Source: Azolla caroliniana
Lineage: Eukaryota > Plantae > Polypodiophyta
NCBI GenBank assembly: GCA_043228905.1
Contig: JBHGNT010000009.1
Span: forward strand, 21,390,001-21,454,000
DNA: 64,000 nucleotides
Direction of reading: 5' to 3'
Notes under the pieces: model-generated
What the model was told of the DNA's origin: nothing
The model's input: only the letters and a program-made list of their open reading frames with translations
Database searches by the model: none
In this document: in pieces, positions 54,465 to 64,000 of the stretch
Position numbering within the stretch: position 1 is the first letter of the stretch
How the letters are laid out: each line of letters starts with the position of its first letter
Position numbers and translations under genes: made by a program

Positions 54465-56564
54465 CTAATCTTCATTCAAGGTGATATCATCATCTTCAAA
54501 ATCATCATCCTCAAAATCATCATCCTCATCTTGTGCATTATCATCAAGATAAGACATCACATTGGTGAGGCTCTCATTTTCATCAACTTCTTGTGCTTCT
54601 TGTTCACTTTGCAACACCAATAATCGTTCTTCATCATTTTCTTTCTCTATCATGTCAATAGTAACCTCAATAGGATTGAAAACTCTTTCTTTAATCCTCT
54701 TAAGAATACGAAGATTTGTGTGCAAAAAAACCAATTTTTGCACATGATTTGAACTCAATCTATTTCTCCTTTTAGTATGTATTAATGAAAATGTACTCCA
54801 ATTCCTTTCACAAGACGATGCACTTGTACCTTGAGATAACACTCTAATTGCAAGTTTCTTCAAATTGGGTGTGCTTGCTCCAAACGTTTCCCACCATTTG
54901 ATTGGTGTGCTTAATCTATTAGCATCCTTTGCAAATGGAACTTGAAACAAAGCTGATGCTTGTTTTCTATATGCATAAAACTCATCTAACAAAGCATTTT
55001 GTAAAACTAAATTACCACTAGCATAAAGCATGACTGTTTTCATCCAGCCCATTTGTAAATCATGATCTATTTCTTGATCATTTGCTGTCCATAATGGATG
55101 CAAGACATATCCCGTTGCATGCAATGGCGATTCCAACATTGTTAGTCTATGTATGCAACACTCTTTTATTTCATCAAGGTTCATAGGATCAATATCTGTC
55201 ATATTGTTTATCTCCATCAACATTTGTTGTTTAAATTGATAAATCAATCCCATTGTAGCACCTTCCCTGTCAGCCAAACGAAGAAGCTTTAAAATTGGTT
55301 TGCATACCTTCACAATCATCTTTACATCTGCCCAAAAGTTAGCATCCAATACAATTGAAACCATCTCTTCTGCTTTCTTTGTTTTGGCACCATTCCATTT
55401 GCACCATTGTTCACTAACCACCATTCTTCTCAAACCACCATAAACTTTATCATCCAACAAATTGGATAACACAATAAAACTGTAAGAAAACCTAGTCGTA
55501 GAAGGTTTAAGCAAGTCTTTTCCACTAAACTTGCGAAACATGGCCAAAACATATTGCTTTCTAGTTATGAAACCACTAATCTTCATAGCTGATCGCAAAA
55601 TGGCATCAATCCAAGCACATTTGGCAATATCCTCCAACAACAAATCAACACAATGGCATGTGCATCTAGTGTAAATTATAGATGGCCACTCCTTTTCTAT
55701 CATATGTCCCGCAACCACACAATTTGCAGCATTATCCATACAAACTTGAACTACATTTGATGGTCCAACTTCAAGAATAACATCCTTCAAAAGTTTAAAT
55801 ATGTATTCACCTGTCTTGACATGACCACTTGTATCTATTGATTTCAAAAACATTGTGCCATGTAGTGAAGAAGCTAAAACATTAATAATTGGTCTATTTC
55901 TAGTGTCTGACCAACCATCGCTAACAATAGTGCATCCATATGTCTTCCAACTCTCTTTCAACAATATAAGATCACGCTCAACATTTACAACTTCTCCATT
56001 AAGATATTTTTTACACAATTGATAAGCAGAAGGTGCTTTAAACGAAGGGCCCACTTTTGAAACAGCCATAAGCATATCATGGAAAAATGAGCTTTCCACT
56101 TTCCGATGTGCAATATCTTCCGCATAAAAAAATCTTGCAATAGCCTCTTCTGCTTGTTTCCTCAATGCCAATTCAAAAGACATTGGGAGTGAGCCACTCG
56201 TCTTTGTTTTTTGCTTTTTAGTAGCCATTTTATTCATTGAAATGGAACTAGAAATAGAGGCATCTGTAGACACATCTGCATTAGCATTAACAATAGTAAT
56301 ATTATTTGCATCTTTTTGTACATCTGAATTCAAGTGATCATTTCCATGAACCATTGCATTTTTGAATTGATTCCTCACGGTATCGCTTGCTTTTGTGCAT
56401 TTTTCTACACCTTGTCCTCTTATTCCCAATATATGGGCTCTAATTTGATGAGGACCACCAACAAAGACATGATTACAATATTTGCATTTCATCAAATGCG
56501 TTCCTTTTGCATTCTTTACTTGAATTAGAACATGTTCCCACTCCAGGCCTTTTTGTCTACCCAT
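54465..56564 (-). CDS. hAT transposase (BED finger, DUF659-like core, hATC dimerisation domain), 699 aa, uninterrupted
   Basis: WEH..CKYC..H, SDGW (D1), MDNAANC (D2), CTCH (CxxH), TRF, and WW.FG..TPNLKKLAIRVLSQ..SASSCERNWS (E), followed by IHTKRRNRL. Confidence 0.93.
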   Translation of the reverse strand: MGRQKGLEWEHVLIQVKNAKGTHLMKCKYCNHVFVGGPHQIRAHILGIRGQGVEKCTKASDTVRNQFKNAMVHGNDHLNSDVQKDANNITIVNANADVSTDASISSSISMNKMATKKQKTKTSGSLPMSFELALRKQAEEAIARFFYAEDIAHRKVESSFFHDMLMAVSKVGPSFKAPSAYQLCKKYLNGEVVNVERDLILLKESWKTYGCTIVSDGWSDTRNRPIINVLASSLHGTMFLKSIDTSGHVKTGEYIFKLLKDVILEVGPSNVVQVCMDNAANCVVAGHMIEKEWPSIIYTRCTCHCVDLLLEDIAKCAWIDAILRSAMKISGFITRKQYVLAMFRKFSGKDLLKPSTTRFSYSFIVLSNLLDDKVYGGLRRMVVSEQWCKWNGAKTKKAEEMVSIVLDANFWADVKMIVKVCKPILKLLRLADREGATMGLIYQFKQQMLMEINNMTDIDPMNLDEIKECCIHRLTMLESPLHATGYVLHPLWTANDQEIDHDLQMGWMKTVMLYASGNLVLQNALLDEFYAYRKQASALFQVPFAKDANRLSTPIKWWETFGASTPNLKKLAIRVLSQGTSASSCERNWSTFSLIHTKRRNRLSSNHVQKLVFLHTNLRILKRIKERVFNPIEVTIDMIEKENDEERLLVLQSEQEAQEVDENESLTNVMSYLDDNAQDEDDDFEDDDFEDDDITLNED

Positions 56565-56626
56565 TAGTTCCTAAATTAATGTAAAACGTAAATATCAAAA
56601 TCTATTTATTGTAATTTTGTCATTTC

Positions 56627-57075
56627 AGAAATTTCATCACAAAAATTTCTGAAATTTCTATGATGAAATTTCAGACATTTCATCACAAAAATTTCAGACA
56701 TTACATCACAAAAATTTCAGTGATGAAATTTCATCACAGAAATTTCAGAAATTTCAATCATCACAGAAATTTCAGAAATTTCAATCATCACTGAAATTTC
56801 AGAAATTTTGATTGAAATTTCATCACGAAATTTCTGAAAGATGAAATTTCATCACAGAAATTTCTGAAATTTCATGATGAAATTTCATCACAGAAATTTC
56901 ACGATGAAATTTCATCACAGAAATTTCAGAAATTTCAATCATCATTGAAATTTCGTTGATGAAATTTCATCACAGAAATTTCTGTGATGAAATTTCTAAA
57001 ATTTCGTGATGAAATTTCTGATTTTTTAGCACAGAAATTTCTGATTTTTCAGCACAGAAATTTCATCACTGAAAT
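56627..57075. repeat. Subterminal array of palindromic GAAATTTC units in the hAT element
   Basis: Dozens of gaaatttc/catcaca units in both orientations. Confidence 0.9.
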
Positions 57076-60000
57076 TAAAACCATATTTCTACACTAAATA
57101 TACCTGAAGGTTGAATGCACTCTGCAGAATCGCAAATCGTTTGAGGCTAGGTTGTAGAGGAGAAGAGAGCGTAACGTTAGTGCAGAGGAAAAGGGAGAAA
57201 AGAGGGAAAATTTGAAAAAAATTGAAAAAAAATGAAAAAAAAATGAAAAAAATGAAAAAAAACACACACACGAATATCTGCATATCATTCGTGTTCGTTT
57301 TCCAAGGTATGAAAACGAATGATATGGCAGACGAACACGAATTTTACGTACTATGGGATAGAGCGATGGAGTATCTCAAGCTGGCAAGGAAAGTCAAAAG
57401 ACTATATCAAGAAGTCTCAGATTGGTACGAAGCGGTTATGACGTCAAGATTCGGGCCTCAACCTTTTCATGGTTTACTCAACGATGACGAAGATGAAGAT
57501 GATGAAGATGATTGCGATTATTGTCATGAAGAGACTTTCAATGAAGAATGTGGACTTGTAAGGAAAGATGGAGATATTCGAGGATGCGGTTGTGAAGAGA
57601 GACACAACAAAGAACGTTGGCTCAAGAGGGAAGATCAAGATATTCGAGGACGTGATCATGAAAAGACATACGACAAAGAACATGGGATCAATACAAAAGA
57701 TCAAGATATTCGAGGATGTGATCGTGAAGAGACATGCGATGAAGAACAAGGGCTCAAAACAGAAGAACGAGATATTCAAGGATGCAGTCATGAAGAAGAA
57801 CGTGGGCTTGACAAGAGAGATCGACATGCCTATGGTCATTACGAGGATCGTTGCAAACTCGACAAAAGAGAAACATGTGACGAAGAACACGATCTTGAAG
57901 GGAGAGATTGTGATTGTCATCACGAAGATAATTGCAAACTCAAGAGAAGAGAGAGATGCATTGAAGAAGGATACAATAATGAAGAGAGATGCGATGAAGA
58001 ATGTGGGCTCAAGAGGGAAGATCGAGAAGGATGCGATCATGAAGAGACATGCACTGAAGAAAGTGGACCAGAGGGGAAAGACCAAGATACTCAAGGATGC
58101 AGTCATGAAGAGACATGTGACAAAGAACGTGGGCTTGAGGAGAAAGATCAAGATCTACACAGTTATGATAAAGACAAAGATCATTACAAACTCACAAAGA
58201 GTGCTCGAGATCTACAAGGTTATGATCGTGGCAAAGATTACTATAAACTTAAGAGGAGAAACCAAGGTCGAGCTCTTCATGGTTGTGCTACACTCGAAAG
58301 TCGTGATGGTGAGAGAAGTTGGAATCTAGACTCTCATGGTTTAAATTGTGATGACGAGTCTGATAGGTTTAATGAGGGCCTCAAACAAGAGGAGAAGTTA
58401 GGAAGAGACGAAAACTTTACATTTAAACGTGATGACAGTGACGATAATAACGATACACACGATTTAGGGCTTGATGATAGTAAGAGAGAGTTTATTATTG
58501 ATGGTGAGAGTGCGTGCCAAGAGAAGAATGAGGGTTATGATGATAAAAAGTTGTGCACTTTCTGTGGATATGGTTATGATAAGGGTAATGATGAGGGTGA
58601 GAGTCACGAAGAGGAATTGTGTGTTTTAGGTTGCCTTGGTTTTCTTTGGGATAGAATCTATAAGAGTTTCACTAAATCAAATGGTGACATTCATGAGGAT
58701 ATCCATTGTGAAAATAGAATAGGGATTTGTGATCATGAGGACGTTCTACAAAAATATATCCATGATGATGTAGGGTTACTTAATGATCACAAGGGTATAA
58801 GTAAGAAAAATCTAGAAAATATTATTTGGGATGTGTATAATGATGATGTTGATGTTGTGAGTATGTGTGGGAAGGACGGGATTAAGGTTGATAAGATTGA
58901 GGATAATCTAGAAAATGTTATGATGGTTTGGGATGTGTATGATGATAATGTTGGTGTTGTGAGTGTATGTAGGAAGGATGAGTTTAGGGTAGATGATATT
59001 GAATATTGTGAAATGCACATAAGAGATCAAAACCAGTCTACTTAGCTTCTTACTTCTTAATCAATTTATAGTTGATACAACAGAACCCATTTGGGTTGGC
59101 TTGGCTAAAAAGGGTGTGCTAAAAGGGTGGGTCAACTTGGGTACGTGCATCCTAAAAAGGGTGAGCTAAAAGGGTGGCACAAAGGAACATATGCACACCA
59201 CAATATGATGGTTATCTCATGATAAATAATTCGGTGACTAAAGATGTTGTTAACTCAAAGGATGACTATAATGATGATGTAAGTATAATTAACATTGAGG
59301 TTGTTATCAAAGAAGATGATGTTGTGGTAAAATGGATGGTTATTACTTATGAAGAAGAATGGAAAGAAGTGATTATGAGGACTACCCATGGGAAGGAAGG
59401 GAAAGATGCCTCAAGATGGTGGGATGTTCAACGAAACAGAGAAGGTTGTATTGCCAATGTTTCCATCTCCCATCTCAAAGAAAAGGATTGGCTAATAAGA
59501 AGAAGCACCCGGTTTTGGATTCGGTTTGACAAGACGCATTGACTGCATCCCAAGAAGATCAAAGGAGGTTGGGTATTGGTCTACAACAACAACCTTGACA
59601 ACCAACACAAAACGAGAAGAAAGCACGCAAGAAGGTGACACGTGCCAACGACAACGCTACCTACCACCTCGCGGAGTTAGACAGATCGAGGTTGGCCATA
59701 CCCATTACGGTGAAAAGATCTCCAATAAAAGACAAGCTGAGGGTCCTTTACAATGAAGTCGGAACCTGCAAACGTGAACAAGGTCAATGAGGACATGGAG
59801 GAAATTGATTGTTCACGGTAGTCGAAATCTCACATTCTCTTATTGGCACGTACCGGAGGACGTGCGGTTTGGTGGGGGTGGATGTCTTGAAGATTTTCGG
59901 CAATGGTATGAAAATCACATGGAATGGAGAAAATGGAGAAGGTGCAATGTGCACGAATGAATGGGGCGATGGTTACACTCGTACGTTAGCATGTTGTCAA

Positions 60001-60866
60001 AAGGAATGAAATGAGAACCCCTAAGGCCTAGTAGCCTTTTCGTGCATACAAAGGGGTGCAAGTAAGGTTTGAACCTTGCACCTCCAAGTTAAGACACAAT
60101 TGACTTATCATTAGGCTAAGTTGTTACTCGTTATACTTTTATCATGTATTTTTCACATGTAAATGCTCATACATGAGAGCTTTAATGAGTGACATGGTTA
60201 TCATGCATCGCATGAGCACCAAATGACGATCATGCATTGTATGCATGTTTGACACCCTCACATGCATGGGGGCATCTAAAAAAGAAAGGAAGAAAAAGAA
60301 ATGAGGGGGAATCAATCTAGGCATCAATCAAGCTATGTATTGAATCAACATCTCAATATTAAAAAAAACCTACTTATCTTATTGGTGACTTGTCTTGATT
60401 CTCAACATTGATGTCAAAGGGTTCAAACCCGGAATTGGAATTTCCATCCATCTATCTATCTATCTTAAACACTTCCTCAATTCCCGTCTCTCTCTCTCTC
60501 TCACACACATAACCACATTAGTGCGTCACTTCAGCTACTACAATTTCATTTCATGTGGTCATTCACTCTATCTTTGGAATTCTCATCAAGAAGGAAATAG
60601 CACCAGAAAAAGATCATTTCGTCGTCATCGGCGCCCGCTAAACGTTGCACACCACCACCACATTACCGCCGCCTACGCATCAATCCATTGCACCATTGAT
60701 TCTAGTTCGGATGCATCTTCGACAACAAAGAACAACCCGACAATAAACCTAAAATGGCTAATTCATGTCCTCCATAACCACTAGCGGATAGAGGCCTGGT
60801 GCTTGTCCGCGCCTGTGTGACACGCACATCGCGACGTTTGGCACGTGTGTCACGCGCCACGCAACA

Positions 60867-61410
60867 ACGTTGAGACTCCCCTCTGATCCAATTCGTGATT
60901 AAGGTAGATATTGGGACTCCTCTATATTTGGTTGACTAGAACTCTACCTATTCCATTAATAATGGTTGTTCCTTGTGAATCCATCTAGTGGATAGATCCA
61001 AGACATACAACCTCCTTTTGCACTAATCCGTCTTTGTTTCGAGTTAATTAAGTTGGTACATACAACTCAGATGAATATGTGGCACATTGATACACAACAT
61101 CCCTCTCTTTCGCCGAAGGTTGTGTATCTAATAGATCAAGATTCAACTTCCTTATCTATATCTTCAATCTTTGGAAAACCCTTAAGCTCTTTAAGTGATT
61201 TTTCGTGAACAGAACTATTAAATCCTTCAATTTGAATTTGTGCAACTTTTGGTAGTACATGCGTATCTCTATCTCCTCCTAATACTTGTTACGTCGAGAC
61301 TAATTCTCGGATAAAACTCCACCATTTCAACATTTCTTTCTTTTTCTTTCGTTTGTTCATATTCTTCCTTCAACCAGGATACCTTTTGTGTCAAAATAAG
61401 CGGAAATAAA
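60867..61410 (-). pseudogene. rpoB: NUPT: plastid rpoB 5' end and upstream spacer
   Basis: The minus strand gives VLPKVAQIQIEGF, FPKIEDIDKEVE, KERDVVYQCATYSSELYVP and GTTIINGIGRVLVNQI.RSP.IY. The putative start is ACG at 61294-61292. It is absent from the ORF track because of stops and frameshifts. Confidence 0.88.
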
Positions 61411-64000
61411 TAATGCCCATCAAGTAACAACAATGCTCCAACGCATCTTGTGGTAAGGCCTTGGTCAATGTATCTATGGCATTTTGGCGAGAAACAACCT
61501 TCTCAGGGCTAATACAACCATTAGCTACGCTTCCCGAATAAAAAGGTATCACACTCCAATATGTTTGGTCTTCACATGATATACCGGGTTCTTAGCCAAA
61601 GCAATGGCACTCTAACTATCACAAAACAGTTTAGGTACATGTTGCGGTATACCCATGTCACTAGCTAATCGAGACAACCAAATTGCTTCCTTACATGCCT
61701 CACTAGCTGCAACATACTTAGCCTCTGTAGTTGACAATGTGGCACAATCTCGAAGACGAGATCTCCAAGCAATAACACCTCCCATAATCTGAAAGATGTA
61801 CCCTGAAGTAGATTTCCTACTGTCAGCGCATCCGGCATAATCTGAATCTGTGTATCCAATGATAGATACATCCCCTTTACCTAAACAAAGGCACTTATCC
61901 TTAGTGCCACTCAGATATCTCAATATCAACTTGACAGCATCCCAATGTTTCTTACCATGATTTGACATGAATCGACTTACTGCTCCCACTACAAATGCAA
62001 TGTCTGGTCTAGTAGCCACCTTGGTGTACATAAGACTCCCAACTACGGATTGATAAGGAACCTTTGACATGAATTCCTTGTCCTCATCAGATGTGGGGCA
62101 ATCACATGTGCTCAGTTTTACATATGTAGGCAATGGAGTGCTCAACGGCTTTGCATTCTCCATATTAAACCTCTTGAGCACTTTCGATATGTACTTAACC
62201 TTAGACAAGGAAATGCATCACTTACTCCTATCACGAGTAATACGCATACCAAGAATATGTTTTGCATCTCCCAAATCCTTCATGTCAAAATTCTGGCCCA
62301 AGTTTTTCTTTAACAAGGATAACTCATCCTTGTTTTTACCAACAATAAGCATGTCATCAACATATTGTATCAACGTGATAAAACTCCCATTTCAACAGGT
62401 TTTCGTATAAAGACATGCATCCTCATTGCTTCTAGTATATCCTTGATTCTTCATAAAAGCATCAAAATTCTGGTACCACAATCTAGGGGACTGCTTAAGC
62501 CCATACAAACTCTTCTAGAGTTTACATACCAAATATTCTTTTCCCGAGACTTCATGGCCTTCTGGTTGTTCCATATAAATATCCTCATCAAGGTCCCCAT
62601 GTAAAAAGGCAGTTTTCACATCCATTTGAACTAATTCCAAATTTTGATTTGCAACCAATGAAAGCAACATATGTAATGTAGTCATCTTAACTACAAGAGA
62701 GAAGGTTTCATCAAAATCAATTCCATGTTCTTGCTTGAAACCTTTGGCTACCAAGCGTGCTTTATACTTTGGGGAAACACTATAAGATGTATACTTGTAC
62801 TTGTATACCCACTTGCATGGCAATGCTTTCCTGTCCTTTGGCAAAGGTACTAAATCCCAAGTACCATTCTTATAAATATTGTCCAATTCACGTTGCATGG
62901 CGTGCTCCCACTTAGCAAGTATGATCACTAGCCAGCATAACTTCTTTATAACAAGAGGGTTCACCTGCATCCGTTAACATCACATAGTTTGTGAGCTTAG
63001 CAGGTGGCCTCACTGGTTGCTGAACCAGAGTCGGGTTATTTTCAGGTTGTAGACGTGCATCCTCATTTTGAACATCCTCATATGGGTGAACATTTGTAGG
63101 ATTGTTCGGCATAGGTGTGAATTATTCTTTTGCACACTAATAAAGGGTGTAACATCTTGAAATGCCACTTTCCTCACTTCCACTTCCTTAATTGGCTGCT
63201 TATGCATAATCTTTTCATTGAAAACGATAGATTCACTACTTCTGACTATAGTGCGCATTTCAAGATCCCACAAACGATATCCAAATTGACCATCTACGCC
63301 ATAGCCAAGGAAAATACATTTTCTGCTCTTAAAATCTAGTTTTTGCCATAACTGTTTTGGAACGTGAACATACGCTTCACATCCAAATACCCTAAGATGA
63401 TCATAGTTTGGGGTTTTTCCTACCCACAACTCTTGCGCCACTTTCAAGCCTTTGGTAGTACTAGGTGATAGATTTATCACGTGGGCTGCTGTCCGAACTG
63501 CTTCAACCCAAAAACCTTGCGGTAGATTTGCATGATGCAACATAGAAACAACTCTGTCTTGGATGGTTCTATTCATCCTTTCCGCCACACCATTTTGTAC
63601 CGGAGTGTAAGGGGTAGTAAACTCTCTACATATGCCTCTAGACTCACAAAAATCTCTGAACTCATGAGAGGTATACTCACCTCCATTATCAGAACGTAAA
63701 GCCTTAAGCTTTATTCCTTTTTCGGTCTCAACCGAGGCAAGCCATTTTCTAAAGATGGGCTATACATCACCCTTTCCCTTTATGGGATACACCCACACCT
63801 TTCTTGTGGCATCATCAATAAATGTCACAAAATACAAAGCTCCACCCAATGATCTAGTAGGCATAGGGCCACATACATCTGTATGAGCTAGATCCAAGGG
63901 TTGAGTAGATGAATCAGAATTAATATTCTGATGCACACTTCTAGTTTGTTTACCATATTGACAATGCTCACAAACTGAAAATTTTGGAAATGACAACATA
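61411..64000 (-). mobile_element. Ty1/copia (Tnt1-like) integrase-RT-RNaseH, continues beyond the window
   Basis: CEHCQYGKQ, HTDVCGP, FVTFIDDATRKVW, NGVAERMNRT, KARLVAKGF, QMDVKTAFLHGDL and GYTDSDYAG. Bases 61411-62817 duplicate 33934-35345. Confidence 0.95.

Larger units (their letters stand above)
54177..57355 (-). mobile_element. hAT DNA transposon, full length (3179 bp)
   Basis: Perfect 8-bp TSD GGATAGAG at 54169-54176 and 57356-57363. Imperfect TIRs CATAGTATGAACCATGCGT / CATAGTACGTAAAATTCGT. Confidence 0.93.
54032..59045 (+). pseudogene. ~608-aa acidic Cys/His repeat ORF of the LTR element, interrupted by the hAT insertion
   Basis: Joining 54032-54176 to 57364-59045 (removing the hAT and one TSD copy) gives an uninterrupted frame MEATRMMDVV...HDDKDR/AMEYLKLARKV... 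with ~21-aa repeats such as DIRGCDREETCDEEQGLKTEER. Confidence 0.7.
53698..60866 (+). mobile_element. Non-autonomous gypsy-lineage LTR element with tRNA-Trp PBS
   Basis: LTR 3' blocks 53698-53992 and 60527-60866 are near-identical and both end ...CGCGCCACGC(G/A)ACA. PBS TGGTGAACCCGACGTGAA (53999-54016) is complementary to the plant tRNA-Trp 3' end. PPT GGTTTGGTGGGGGTGGA is followed by TGTC at 59883. No protease, RT or integrase motifs were seen inside, and the 5' portions of the two LTRs do not align. Confidence 0.8.

Noticed and set aside
57222-57355. N-terminus MKKNEKKMKK of the 607-aa ORF as a real protein start
   Set aside because: Derived from the A-rich hAT terminus; the original start is at 54032.

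Overview
Plant nuclear DNA, most likely from a fern; this is inferred from the organellar inserts, which carry unedited-looking codons including an ACG start and TAA-for-Gln. The first 27 kb holds three intact spliced genes: a TSO1/tesmin-like CXC (CPP) transcription factor (+), an At3g49055/At1g24560-like coiled-coil protein (-) and an ACL5-type thermospermine synthase with a His/Gly/Asp-rich N-terminal extension (-). A decayed copia element and an L1 remnant precede them. The last 31 kb is a nest of insertions. One defective copia element carries a ~1.4-kb direct duplication that brackets a plastid rpoB-rpoC1 insert. That insert is split by ~21.6 kb containing gypsy, copia and LINE debris, a mitochondrial nad4 fragment, a convergent U2/U1 snRNA pair with a short USE-TATA spacing, and a tRNA-Trp-primed LTR element. 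The single ORF of that element (~608 aa, acidic Cys/His repeats, no recognisable gag-pol) is interrupted by an apparently intact hAT transposon with a perfect 8-bp TSD. All calls were made by eye; no database searches were run.
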